IMG/VR virus record: IMGVR_UViG_3300019927_000044
Coordinates: 3,331 to 67,330 of that record
Direction: 5' to 3' (one strand)
DNA from: a virus
DNA: 64,000 nt
The translations under genes were made by a program, and so were the position numbers. Each line of letters starts with the position of its first letter. The first letter of the stretch is position 1. Below the pieces are notes generated by a model. The model was given only the letters and a program-made list of their open reading frames with translations, ran no database searches and was not told the origin of the DNA. Below are positions 1 to 9,687 of this stretch, piece after piece.

Positions 1-1
1 C

Positions 2-259
2 ATCGTCGTGTTCGCTGGACCCGCTCATGACGACCTTTCGATTACCTTCATCGACACCACTGCGCTTTTTCAGTTCGATGTAGGCGACGTGTCGAGGTGC
101 GTCATCGTAGCGTTGGGCCTCCCAGACGACCATGATATCAGCCACCTCACCGACGCTACTGCCAGAAAAGTCTGGACGGTGGGCCTTCACCCAGTCATGT
201 GTGTTGCTGTTAATGTCGTTTTTCGTGTCAAGCTCATAACGTTTGCCTTTTCCAGCCAT
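2..259 (-). CDS. hjc: Archaeal Holliday junction resolvase (Hjc-like), truncated by the window edge
   Basis: Manual translation MAGKGKRYELDTKN...VADIMVVW...YIELKKRSG; matches the Hjc pattern G-x-x-x-E / D-h-h / E-h-K. Confidence 0.7.
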   Translation of the reverse strand, partial: MAGKGKRYELDTKNDINSNTHDWVKAHRPDFSGSSVGEVADIMVVWEAQRYDDAPRHVAYIELKKRSGVDEGNRKVVMSGSSEHDD

Positions 260-261
260 TT

Positions 262-486
262 TCAGTCAACCTCATACATTTCTCGCAATTCATCAAGCGT
301 TTGCGGGTCACCATTCCACGTATCAAACGATGCCCACATACTTTCTGCTTCTGTAATATCGTGTTCGTTGATAGCGTCTCTAATAATTCGTGCTTCTTCG
401 TAATGGTGGTGACTTTTGTATAGCTCACCATCAATGTATATCCCAACCCAATCTGGGTCCATTTTAACGGTAGTTAGTTTACTCAT
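262..486 (-). CDS. Hypothetical protein (74 aa)
   Basis: Acidic ORF coupled to its neighbours. Confidence 0.6.
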   Translation of the reverse strand: MSKLTTVKMDPDWVGIYIDGELYKSHHHYEEARIIRDAINEHDITEAESMWASFDTWNGDPQTLDELREMYEVD

Positions 487-646
487 CGTAAATCACCGTA
501 ATAAATCCACACTTCCCACCGACCCTGCTTGCGACACACTCTCTGTAGGGAACGTCGTACTTGTCAGCAAAGTGCGATTTAATAGTGTTGATGTCGCTGT
601 ACTCCGACTCGTACGTTTCGGATAGCTTATCTGCAACGCTTACCAT
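479..646 (-). CDS. Small hypothetical protein (55 aa)
   Basis: Manual translation MVSVADKLSETYESEY...VIYDE; TATA-like TTTTTTATA upstream. Confidence 0.55.
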   Translation of the reverse strand: MVSVADKLSETYESEYSDINTIKSHFADKYDVPYRECVASRVGGKCGFITVIYDE

Positions 647-680
647 ACGAATATACGTACGGCAAGCAGCTATAAAAAAC

Positions 681-1089
681 TTATGTTGCTAATATTCCGA
701 TAGCGACACCGAACGCAATCATGCATAGCACGCCAAAGAGCGGCCAGCCAATTGCCTCGTACCAACTATACGTCATTACCCGCTATGCACCGTCCTGTCG
801 TCACCACAGTGCTTACACTCTTCGTATCGGTAGCCAGCAGGTAGCTTGCTACTGATGTACATGTTTTTCGTATATTGATGCCCCATCGGATGTGAACAGT
901 CGTCTTGGTTGAACATTGTTAGCTGTGTAGTTTGCAGTAAATGTTACCGTCGTCGTCCATTGTCCAGTCGCTCTGTTCGACCGCTTCACGCATCGTCTGA
1001 TTCGGCTCGATATTGATATACGTACACTTGTTGCAGTGAACGTGGTTTTTGTTCACATTGTCGCAGTAGATTGTCAGGTTTGTGTTCAT
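681..1089 (-). CDS. Three coupled micro-ORFs: 919-1089 (56 aa, Cys/His), 776-916 (46 aa, CxxC), 681-776 (31 aa, hydrophobic)
   Basis: Manual translation; abutting or overlapping stop/start codons; below the ORF-track cutoff. Confidence 0.5.
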
Positions 1090-1892
1090 AGTTGTTCAAG
1101 GTATTCTGTTGGGTCTTGTAGGTGGTCTGGGTCCATTTCTATAACTGTATTCCCATCGAAGGCCTTGAAGGCACTATAGATGGCGTCTGAGGCAAGTACT
1201 GCCTCTTTCGTTTCCTCGTACAGCATTTCGGGGCCGTCATCAAAGTGCCCAGCAACAGCCTCGTAGTCCCAGTCGGTCGGTACTTCGCCGACGTATTCTT
1301 CCTCAGCGACACTATCATTATCGGTATCAATGAGTGTGAAATACACAAAGACAGGCACGTCATAGGCAGCCGCGTGTTCAGCATAGTGGGCCAGATGTCG
1401 GAGATTCAACTTCCCCAGCCATGACGAACTACTTTTCGTCTTCACATCACCGATAGCACGTAGCTCCCATTCAAGCTCGTTGAAATCGTCACCCATTGAA
1501 AACGCTGGATACGTTTCTCGAAGCGTGGTTTCGCCATAGGGCGTTGTGATGTCGGAAGGCAAGAACGACTGCTGTCCTTGGGCCTCCCACAGCCGAAGGT
1601 CCATCTTGTTGTCGAAAATAAGGCCATCTTCACCACTCTCACCTCTCATGTCTACGCCCCAGTTTTCAACTTGGAAACCGCGCTGTTTAATCCGTCCTTT
1701 TAGATGGGCCTCACCCCAGTCGTGTTTATCATAATTGTTTAGTAAACTGTTCCATTCGGTGTCCATATTTTCTGAACCACACTCTGGACATACTTCTGAA
1801 CCTGCGTAAGATTTTTCACCACAATCTTCGCATTTTGCACCTCTGTTCAAGTCGTCTGACGTGATGGAATTACTTTTATTCATTATTCCCAC
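1086..1892 (-). CDS. Zn-ribbon + PD-(D/E)XK restriction-endonuclease-like protein
   Basis: CEDCG...CPECGS ribbon; E(GEAHL)...MDLRL...GDVKTK catalytic pattern. Confidence 0.5.
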   Translation of the reverse strand: MGIMNKSNSITSDDLNRGAKCEDCGEKSYAGSEVCPECGSENMDTEWNSLLNNYDKHDWGEAHLKGRIKQRGFQVENWGVDMRGESGEDGLIFDNKMDLRLWEAQGQQSFLPSDITTPYGETTLRETYPAFSMGDDFNELEWELRAIGDVKTKSSSSWLGKLNLRHLAHYAEHAAAYDVPVFVYFTLIDTDNDSVAEEEYVGEVPTDWDYEAVAGHFDDGPEMLYEETKEAVLASDAIYSAFKAFDGNTVIEMDPDHLQDPTEYLEQL

Positions 1893-2272
1893 CTCTTTTC
1901 GGCACTAATACGTCCATGCTCTTCATGTTCTTCAATCTTTAGATTTTCGACTCTGTTGTCTATTTTCATGTTATTTTCATGATGAATATCTTTATTTATC
2001 ACAGAACTAAAACCGTGTTCAGCAATTGCGATTAGCCTGTGTATTTTAACAGAACATCTTTCATTGCACGCATTTGTCTGTACCACTTCATATCCATTAG
2101 AACTACTAATTGTGTGATATGGTGGTGTGAACTTTTTTATATCAAACTTTCTAACCCATTTTCCTATAGTACTTCGTGAAACGTCACACTTTTTTGCTAT
2201 TTCAGCTTGTGTAAAGTCTTCTTCTACGTATTTTTTACGTAGCCAACTTTCGTCTCTATATTTTTGCCCCAT
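1883..2272 (-). CDS. HTH + HNH endonuclease (free-standing, AT-rich)
   Basis: TQAEIAKKCDVSRSTIGKW HTH; IHRLIA...DIHHENNMKIDNRVENL HNH. Confidence 0.85.
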   Translation of the reverse strand: MGQKYRDESWLRKKYVEEDFTQAEIAKKCDVSRSTIGKWVRKFDIKKFTPPYHTISSSNGYEVVQTNACNERCSVKIHRLIAIAEHGFSSVINKDIHHENNMKIDNRVENLKIEEHEEHGRISAEKRWE

Positions 2273-2371
2273 TCGTGTATACGTAGACTACCTACGTATA
2301 TAAAGGTGTTGGTGTGGGTCGGAACGTATCAATTGATGGAAATAGTGCTGGTAGCGGTGGTTCGAGTAGTG

Positions 2372-2644
2372 TCATCGTAGTGAGAACCCTCCAAGGTCAG
2401 CTTCGACCTCACCAAAGAACACACGATAGCCTTCGAAGCTAACTGAACGCATGTCACTTGTGTGCGTGACCTTGATTGGGGCAGCGTTGTGGTCTTCAAG
2501 AATCATCCGTGTGGCACCTCGCGCAAACGGATTATGAAATTCTGTATAAATGTCTATCCATTGTTCACCAGCGACAGCTTCGTAATTACCTCTGCCATCG
2601 TAAAACTCGTTCAGCGTGTCAGCGATTGCATTGTGGTCTACCAT
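2372..2644 (-). CDS. Hypothetical protein (90 aa)
   Basis: Acidic ORF with its own TATA-like element. Confidence 0.65.
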   Translation of the reverse strand: MVDHNAIADTLNEFYDGRGNYEAVAGEQWIDIYTEFHNPFARGATRMILEDHNAAPIKVTHTSDMRSVSFEGYRVFFGEVEADLGGFSLR

Positions 2645-2667
2645 ACACAGTAGTGTATGATGTACAC

Positions 2668-2704
2668 CTACATAAATTCACCGATTCCAGTCTGCTGCGA
2701 TATA
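2668..2704 (-). pseudogene. Displaced duplicate of the polB 3' end (ISQQTGIGEFM*)
   Basis: Aligns to the PolB C-terminus KQTDIEKFM*; lies immediately after the HNH stop codon. Confidence 0.65.
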
Positions 2705-3358
2705 TTAGTATTCTTTGTAGTCTTCATTTTCTACCGTTCTATGACAAGATTTACACAATGTTTTAAGATTTTCTTCAAAGTTGCCATTTTCTGGTTCATC
2801 GAAATTTCGTATAGGTATTATATGATGCACTGAAAGGTCTACATCATATTTCTCTAAATGCTCACTCCGAGTAATACCACACTTAACACATTCAAAATCA
2901 TCTCGTTCTATTTGTGCCTCTCTTACAAATTCCCAATTTTTACCATATTTTACATCTCCACCCTTCCATCTTGGGTGATTTTCACCAGACATTTTCTCAC
3001 TATGTATGGAATTAAAACATTTATCCGAACATACAACATCTCCACAAACTTGTGATGGCCATTTTTCAACATTTTTATCACAATTTTCACATTGGTATAC
3101 TTCTTTCCCCCCAGAATATGAAGGTGAATCCTCTCCAGAACCGTTTCTCATTTCGGCTAAGAATTTTTTATGACATTCAGAATTACAGAAATGATTTTCA
3201 TGCTCTGACGCTCTACTATGAATTTTGTCAAAATTATCGCCACAATATGTACATTGTACACTTACTCTACTATCATGTTCCAGACCTTCATGTGCCCCGC
3301 GTGCTTGTTTGGAACCGAATACGCTATCACAAAATCTACACTTTACATCATTTTCCAT
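2705..3358 (-). CDS. Zn-finger HNH endonuclease (homing-type)
   Basis: C2H2 and CxxC repeats; ERDDFECVKCG...VHHIIP...NLKTLCKSCH; AT-rich. Confidence 0.9.
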   Translation of the reverse strand: MENDVKCRFCDSVFGSKQARGAHEGLEHDSRVSVQCTYCGDNFDKIHSRASEHENHFCNSECHKKFLAEMRNGSGEDSPSYSGGKEVYQCENCDKNVEKWPSQVCGDVVCSDKCFNSIHSEKMSGENHPRWKGGDVKYGKNWEFVREAQIERDDFECVKCGITRSEHLEKYDVDLSVHHIIPIRNFDEPENGNFEENLKTLCKSCHRTVENEDYKEY

Positions 3359-3379
3359 AAATTACTATAATATCTCAAA

Positions 3380-6300
3380 CTACATAAATTTTTCTATATC
3401 TGTTTGTTTTGTATCTGAAATCATTGATTTATAACTCCAATTCATGGCCGACAGAATCGGCGTCAACGAACTGCCGATGGTCTTCTGCAACTGCGTGTCC
3501 ATGTCGATGACGAAGTTATCTGGTACCTTGTTTGGATTCTCGACCGACACTGCATCGACGTTCATTCCATCCTCTTTCGTTTTGGCAGTGTACGTACTGG
3601 GCCAGTCACCGCGGACACGTTCGATGTGTAGTAGTTGTGGCTTACTACCTTCACCCATGTGTTCCCAGTCGAAGTTCTTGTTCGCGTACTTTGCACCGCG
3701 ATACGTTGTCGATGGTAGCTCAGTGGGCGACCCGTACTCGTCTGGGTGCATGCTCATTCCCTTTGGACGGGCGATGTGGGCGTTTGAACACTCACCCCTT
3801 TGGGCTGTATCGTATGCAGTCTTGATGCGCTCACGGATGGCCTCACGCGCCTTAGAACGCTCGTCAATTCGAAGGATATGTTCGAGTACGTCACTGCATA
3901 CCTCGCGGGTAATCGTTGCTCTGTCAGACCGCACTACGTCGATACCAGTCACGTTAAACTCTGCTGGGTCGAACCATTCACCCTCTTCCCATGCGATAAT
4001 TTCTGCGTATCGTTTCTTCCCTTCTGCATTTTTCGTCGCTGGCTCTGGAACAAACAACCACGGCGCATACGACTCTATCTCTAATCTGCAATAATGCTCA
4101 CCATTCTTAATATTAAATGTATCTTCTGTCCACTCATTGTACCATTCGTTAACGCGGTCAGCAGCATCGTGCGCAATCTCTACAACCTCTTCCATATCAT
4201 CGCGGTCCTCGATATCGACATACGGAACAGCGCTCATGACACTATCCGTATCTCCCCCCACAAGTCGGGCGTTCCGCCCGTCGTAACCGCGTTCTTCTTT
4301 AATATCATTTAACGCACCAACGAACTTATCAGATGAGTCGATAATCATCTTCCTTCCACCAAGTGTAATCCCTTCTGCAATGCGCCAATCATACAGTCTG
4401 TAGCCCTTTCCGTAGGAATTACTGTCTCCGAACACTCCGTAGCAATTCGGTATATTGGTAAATTTTCCATTACGTCCAGCAACAAGCATATGATTATCTT
4501 CTACTTGGATGCAGTAGACGCCATTCTGTGCCCGCTCACGAGTCTCGTCACGATGACAGCGGAATGACATATTCGACCGCTCTGTACGCCAAAAGACACG
4601 CCACACCGAGTCACCATGTCTGGAACTATCATCTTCTGTATAAGTCACTGGGTGACCAGTTTCCCACACGAGGCGCATGAAATCGTCTCGAAGATTTGTC
4701 GAAACTGTTGTATATCTCTTTGGTGTATCAGCAGTATCACCATCACCTTTCATCATCGTATCACGTAGCAGCTTTTTCTGCTCCGTACTACATTTTTCAA
4801 ATACCCAAGATGGAATGGTCATATTGTAGCTCCCCTCACCACACCACTCAGTCAACATCTCGGCCCATACAGAACCGCTGTGGTTAATATCTGTATCTGT
4901 GACAGTGTACGATAGCTCCATTTCTTCAAATAGCTCAACTATTTCGCTGTGATGGTCTGGATGCACAGACTTATACTGAGAGATGGATATCCTATCACCA
5001 CGAGGTTCATCACCACTAAGATAAACTGAACCCTCAGTAATAAACCACCCAAGAAGCTTAATAACATTATCAGCATCATAATGTCTTGGGATGGCGTTGT
5101 GTCTTCCATTATCACTACAGCGGATAGATTCATCGGTGGTATCACCATCGTAATAATCCGCGAGGTCGATGGTATCTATACCACTACCATCAGTAGAAAT
5201 CCAATTGTTTGGAGTTTCGTATTGTGTCCACTTATTAAGGTTGCCAGCCTCGGTGTATTCGTATCCTCCACCATGTCGTGGTTTATTGGCGAGGAATCTA
5301 TGGTCTGGCGTTACTTTCAAGTCCATGGATTGGTTCTGTATGTGAACAATTTCACCATCATAGTTTGGCTTTTCTATTGTCTCTGTAACTGGTTTAACCT
5401 GCATTTCTTTTGTTTTTGGGTTGTACGAATACACATCATCACCAACCTCAATATCTGTAATGTTTCGGACCCCATCTGGTGTCAGTACTTCTGTATCGGG
5501 CGTGAAGCAACTATTCACAACCCTCTTAACGGCACTGTAGAGGTCTGTACCATCGTAATCGTTTTTCATTTCCATCAATTCATCTACAACACTATTCATA
5601 AACCCTTCTTTTATCGACGGTTTGCAGAAGTATAGCTTTTCATAATTGGGGCTATCCTCCTTTTTTATGTTCTTTGTACGCGTGTCAATGTATGTCCACC
5701 GACAGTCGTCTTTCGTATATTCAGACGCTTCTAAGTCCTCTTCTGTCCCAATAAGCGTTTCTGGGGACATATTACAGTTCCGAATCATGTTCGGATACAT
5801 CGACCATAGGTCTGGATATACAGCGTTCTTATGCCGCCCAAACTCTGGGGTGAAGTTGTGTGCCCCATAGTACCAATCCCGCTCTGGTTTCTCATTTGTT
5901 GGTAGTGCAATACCAGCATTATAGGCTTCACGAAGAATAAATGGGTCGAGGATATCAATGTTGTTATGGCAGTTATCGAACTGCACGCCTGTCAGCTTAC
6001 GAATGTTCTGGAATAGGTCGGTGACGCCCGCACTGTGGTCGATTCCTACAACGGCCTGCACGTCACGCATGTTGTATTTCAGGAACAGTTCAGGCTCGTC
6101 ACGCCACGCACTGTCGATATCTTCGATTTCTTCTTTCCCGAAGCCTAATTCCCGATTAGCGATGTTTTCGAGGCCGTACCCACCATTGGGCTTGCTGTAC
6201 TGGGTCTTCTTATAGGCCTTCATCATGTCGAAAAAGGTCAGACCTTTGCCAGACGGTCCCCAGCTACCGTCCCAGACCTGCTCCATTGGCGACCAACCCT

Positions 6301-7228
6301 TGAATGACATGATGTTACGTGCCTTACAGCGGTTAATGAGATAGGGGTAGTCGAAGGCCTTCCCATTGTCAGTAGTCGAGGAATTCCAGCCACCAAGCAT
6401 GTCGGGCTGTTTGTCAGCGACGTACTGATTGAAGTTATGAAGTAGCGCCGACTCTTCGTCAAACACACGTACGTCGCTGATATTGACTGGATGGCTGTGG
6501 TCGTCAGTTTCGATAGTGTCTGGCCGATTCTCGACGGCCATATTCTGTATTTCAGTATCGCTGTAGGCCCAGCCCTCATAGCGCAGTACCCAGACAGTGT
6601 ACTCGTCGGTATAGTTGTCGTGGGCAGTGATGGCCGTGACGGGCTGGTCAGCCTCGTCTGGGTCAGGAAACCCGTCTGGACTCTCAACCTCAATATCAAT
6701 CGTTATCTGACGAGGGTCAGCCTTCCAGTCAGCGTCGATGGCTTCAAAATCATCGACGTGAACGCGGTAGTCGCCATTAATGTACTGTGAGTCCCACGTT
6801 TCGTCCTTGTCGACTTCGATGTGGGTATAGATACCATTGTCAATGAGGAATCGCGTGGTGTAGAATACGTCAGCTTCCCACGTTGTATCAAAGTATTCTC
6901 GCAACCCCTCTTTGTCACGACCGCCATTGATATGCTCTGGCAGCTTCGTGTACACTCTCGCAAGGTCGTCGCCATGAATTGACTCGTAGCCACCTTCGGC
7001 GGTTTCGACCCACTGATGATTCTTGACGCGCTGGCTGTATGCATCTCGCTCGATATAGAACGATGGCAGATGCCCTTCAACTTCGACCCAGCGAGATTTT
7101 CCACTTCGTGTCCGACAGAACAGATAGACAACAGGTTCCTCGAACTGTTCGCGGTACTCGATATTCATTATATGCAACTGTTCTGTGTTACTGCCACCGT
7201 CGTCAATAAAGTCGTTCAATCCAGCCAT
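3380..7228 (-). CDS. polB: Family B DNA polymerase with intein
   Basis: ExoI IDIE, ExoII FDYPYL, ExoIII YNMRDV; polymerase motifs DLWSMYP, KRVVNS/CYG, GDTDS. Confidence 0.97.
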   Translation of the reverse strand: MAGLNDFIDDGGSNTEQLHIMNIEYREQFEEPVVYLFCRTRSGKSRWVEVEGHLPSFYIERDAYSQRVKNHQWVETAEGGYESIHGDDLARVYTKLPEHINGGRDKEGLREYFDTTWEADVFYTTRFLIDNGIYTHIEVDKDETWDSQYINGDYRVHVDDFEAIDADWKADPRQITIDIEVESPDGFPDPDEADQPVTAITAHDNYTDEYTVWVLRYEGWAYSDTEIQNMAVENRPDTIETDDHSHPVNISDVRVFDEESALLHNFNQYVADKQPDMLGGWNSSTTDNGKAFDYPYLINRCKARNIMSFKGWSPMEQVWDGSWGPSGKGLTFFDMMKAYKKTQYSKPNGGYGLENIANRELGFGKEEIEDIDSAWRDEPELFLKYNMRDVQAVVGIDHSAGVTDLFQNIRKLTGVQFDNCHNNIDILDPFILREAYNAGIALPTNEKPERDWYYGAHNFTPEFGRHKNAVYPDLWSMYPNMIRNCNMSPETLIGTEEDLEASEYTKDDCRWTYIDTRTKNIKKEDSPNYEKLYFCKPSIKEGFMNSVVDELMEMKNDYDGTDLYSAVKRVVNSCFTPDTEVLTPDGVRNITDIEVGDDVYSYNPKTKEMQVKPVTETIEKPNYDGEIVHIQNQSMDLKVTPDHRFLANKPRHGGGYEYTEAGNLNKWTQYETPNNWISTDGSGIDTIDLADYYDGDTTDESIRCSDNGRHNAIPRHYDADNVIKLLGWFITEGSVYLSGDEPRGDRISISQYKSVHPDHHSEIVELFEEMELSYTVTDTDINHSGSVWAEMLTEWCGEGSYNMTIPSWVFEKCSTEQKKLLRDTMMKGDGDTADTPKRYTTVSTNLRDDFMRLVWETGHPVTYTEDDSSRHGDSVWRVFWRTERSNMSFRCHRDETRERAQNGVYCIQVEDNHMLVAGRNGKFTNIPNCYGVFGDSNSYGKGYRLYDWRIAEGITLGGRKMIIDSSDKFVGALNDIKEERGYDGRNARLVGGDTDSVMSAVPYVDIEDRDDMEEVVEIAHDAADRVNEWYNEWTEDTFNIKNGEHYCRLEIESYAPWLFVPEPATKNAEGKKRYAEIIAWEEGEWFDPAEFNVTGIDVVRSDRATITREVCSDVLEHILRIDERSKAREAIRERIKTAYDTAQRGECSNAHIARPKGMSMHPDEYGSPTELPSTTYRGAKYANKNFDWEHMGEGSKPQLLHIERVRGDWPSTYTAKTKEDGMNVDAVSVENPNKVPDNFVIDMDTQLQKTIGSSLTPILSAMNWSYKSMISDTKQTDIEKFM
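4445..5509 (-). mobile_element. Intein (355 aa) with LAGLIDADG endonuclease in PolB motif B
   Basis: Begins CFTPDTEVLT, ends GRNGKFTNIPN before Cys+1; LLGWFITEGS and TMMKGDGD blocks. Confidence 0.92.
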
Positions 7229-7332
7229 TACTGTTGTATAATACGGCTACCTACATAAAGGTGTCGATGGCTTTTGCAGCAAACTCGTCACTGACCATAT
7301 CAACTACAACTACACAACAAAAACGTAAAAGA

Positions 7333-7503
7333 TTACTCTTCTATTGGGTCCATCGACACCATCACTTTCAGTACGTCGATGGCTGCGTGATAGTACAGAT
7401 TTTCCCTGATTACGTGGTCGTCAGCGTTTTTAGCGGCCTCTGTTCTTGCACATGCCTGTTGTATCAACTGTCTCTGCATCAATAGGCGTTCTGAATCTCT
7501 CAT
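7333..7503 (-). CDS. Small hypothetical protein (56 aa)
   Basis: Manual translation MRDSERLLMQ...DPIEE; ATGA overlap with the upstream gene. Confidence 0.55.
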   Translation of the reverse strand: MRDSERLLMQRQLIQQACARTEAAKNADDHVIRENLYYHAAIDVLKVMVSMDPIEE

Positions 7504-7955
7504 TGGTTGTCGTACACGTATCTATGTCCATGCGACCGAAGCAGTTCGTTGGGGTCACCGCGACCATCTTGGGCGTTCGTCACCCATTGCAGTCCTTTAT
7601 CGAAACCAATGTCACGCTCACATGCGATGATAGCCGCACAGATGGTCACAGAGCGGCTTCGACCAGCATGGCAGTGTACGAGGACCTGTTCATTCTGGAC
7701 CCACTCAGAAATGTTCTCAGCGGCTATCTCGAACATTGTATAACTACAGTCGCCGCCATGTTCTTGCTGTGACTCGACACCATCAGCTAACATGAAATGG
7801 TCGTAGGGGATTCGACCAGCCACGTTATTTTCACAGCGGTCTTGGCAAACGCTGACAATGCGGTCGAACTTTCCTGCCGTGGACCCATGTCTAACTTCTT
7901 CGATGGACGCATTCCACAGTTGCCCGCCGTCAGTTCCGTAGATTGGATAGACCAT
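7500..7955 (-). CDS. Dual-specificity/Cys-based phosphatase
   Basis: VLVHCHAGRSRS (HCxxGxxR) P-loop; upstream LADG general-acid loop. Confidence 0.88.
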   Translation of the reverse strand: MVYPIYGTDGGQLWNASIEEVRHGSTAGKFDRIVSVCQDRCENNVAGRIPYDHFMLADGVESQQEHGGDCSYTMFEIAAENISEWVQNEQVLVHCHAGRSRSVTICAAIIACERDIGFDKGLQWVTNAQDGRGDPNELLRSHGHRYVYDNQ

Positions 7956-7996
7956 TACATACTACCATATGTGTACATCATATAAAAGTGTTTTTG

Positions 7997-8512
7997 TTAC
8001 GATTGCTCAATTTCGTCGGCGGCTGTCCCGACACCATCGACGCGATAGAAATAGCCATTCACGTCGATGTCACGATTGTAGGGATGGTCAACGAGGAACA
8101 TGAACATGTCTGGTTCGTCGTCAACTAACTCTGCCAGCTTCGGTTTATCGTCAATGTAGGCGTCATGCGGTGTATGCAGCTTTTCACTTTTCGGTGTAAG
8201 AAACTCGTTGTAGGGGATGTTGTGGTGCTGTAGCCACGATTGTATCTGGTCATCAACGTCAAAGCGATGGGTGACGATATCAACAGTGTGTCCAGCCTGC
8301 CGCATCCGCTCGACGTGATGCCCAAGGTAGGGTTCACACGGTTCGATATCCAGCGGCGACTCTTCCCACATTTCTTGCGTGATTTCATGAAACTGGTCAC
8401 GCTGTTCTGGGTTTTCAAAGCCCCATGAGTCTACATCGTCAATACCCATTTCATCGTACGCTGGTTCGTGTATCTCAGCCAACACACCTTCCACGTCCAG
8501 TGCAATTTGCAT
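7997..8512 (-). CDS. HAD-superfamily 5'(3')-deoxyribonucleotidase-like protein
   Basis: IALDVEGVL motif I, IVTHR motif II, K and YIDDKP motif IV. Confidence 0.8.
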   Translation of the reverse strand: MQIALDVEGVLAEIHEPAYDEMGIDDVDSWGFENPEQRDQFHEITQEMWEESPLDIEPCEPYLGHHVERMRQAGHTVDIVTHRFDVDDQIQSWLQHHNIPYNEFLTPKSEKLHTPHDAYIDDKPKLAELVDDEPDMFMFLVDHPYNRDIDVNGYFYRVDGVGTAADEIEQS

Positions 8513-8568
8513 ACACCACTATAGGTGTACTACGTATAAAAAGTCTTCGGTTACGGTTCAGTTACTGT

Positions 8569-9171
8569 CTATTCGTCGTCTTCATCATCGTCGTCAGTAG
8601 GGTTCCCAGCTTCGCTGCCATTGCCAGTCTCCTGCTGAGTTTCGGTATCCGACGAAGGTTCGTCCGCCGTACTTTCCTCGTCGTTTGAGGTAGCAGAGTC
8701 GCGCTCTGCGGAGTCGTCTTCTGACGACTCAACACTACCGATGTCGTCTCGAATCTGCTCGATGGTACGTTCACCGACGCCCTTCGCGTCCATCAGTTCC
8801 TCGTCAGTTGCGAGGTAGACTTCTGTCGGCGTGCTGATATCGTGATTCTGTCTGAGGCGCTTGGCGTAGGTCGGTCCGATACCAGTGATTGCCGTCGTAC
8901 CATCGTATTCACTGAGGTAGTCTGGTAGCTGTGGTTCGTCACCCGCAGCTTCTTCGTCAGTATCGCCCTCACTATCAGTAGCATCGTTGTCAGCCACAGC
9001 CGCCGTATCCGTATCAGCAGCCGTCTGGTCGCCGCCGAAGGTAACGTCGTCGTTCCCGTCGTCGTCAACGTCGACGCTTGCTTCATTGCCGCTGAAGTAC
9101 GCGTACGCAGCCGCAGAGATGGTTGTAAGTGCAATGCCGCCAGCCGCCACGAATTCAGGTGGAACATTCAT
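8569..9171 (-). CDS. Membrane-anchored helix-hairpin-helix protein
   Basis: N-terminal hydrophobic helix; ITGIGPTYA and AKGVGERTI HhH motifs between acidic linkers. Confidence 0.75.
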   Translation of the reverse strand: MNVPPEFVAAGGIALTTISAAAYAYFSGNEASVDVDDDGNDDVTFGGDQTAADTDTAAVADNDATDSEGDTDEEAAGDEPQLPDYLSEYDGTTAITGIGPTYAKRLRQNHDISTPTEVYLATDEELMDAKGVGERTIEQIRDDIGSVESSEDDSAERDSATSNDEESTADEPSSDTETQQETGNGSEAGNPTDDDDEDDE

Positions 9172-9173
9172 TG

Positions 9174-9569
9174 TTAGTTGTCTCCAAGTTCGATGGTCCC
9201 GCGCTCATTGAGGGACGCATTTGTAGTGACGCCACCAATCCCCATAAGTGTGTCGAAAGTCACTTCGTCTGGGTCCACGTCAGTGTGCGATGCGACGAAC
9301 TGCACCAACGGACTGTCATTGTCGCCAGTACCGTCATTAGGAATCAGGAACTCGCGCTTACCAGTTCCGTACAGTTCACCGTCAGCGGTCTGAACGCCGA
9401 AGTGGAAGACGACAGACGGTTCGTCAACCAGATTCGGTTCTGGCTCAGTGAACGTTGCTTGCAGGTCAAGCGTAGCCTCACGCTCGCTGAACAGTTCTCG
9501 AAGCGCCTCAGTTGAACTGCGGTCGTCTGTGCTAAATAGTGCGTTACGCACGTATTGTAGTAGGCTCAT
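9174..9569 (-). CDS. Hypothetical protein (131 aa)
   Basis: Acidic ORF with upstream TATA-like element. Confidence 0.7.
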   Translation of the reverse strand: MSLLQYVRNALFSTDDRSSTEALRELFSEREATLDLQATFTEPEPNLVDEPSVVFHFGVQTADGELYGTGKREFLIPNDGTGDNDSPLVQFVASHTDVDPDEVTFDTLMGIGGVTTNASLNERGTIELGDN

Positions 9570-9623
9570 ACATACTATTGTAGAAGCCCTATGTATAAAA
9601 AAGTGCCGACTCGTCAGTCAATC

Positions 9624-9687
9624 GAGAAATTTGTTCCGTTCGGGCCTGTGACGCAATCGAAAATTTCTCACATGACCACGAACGGAA
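9624..9687. repeat. Two interleaved perfect 9-bp inverted repeats
   Basis: GAGAAATTT 9624-32 / AAATTTCTC 9661-69; TTCCGTTCG 9634-42 / CGAACGGAA 9679-87. Confidence 0.8.
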
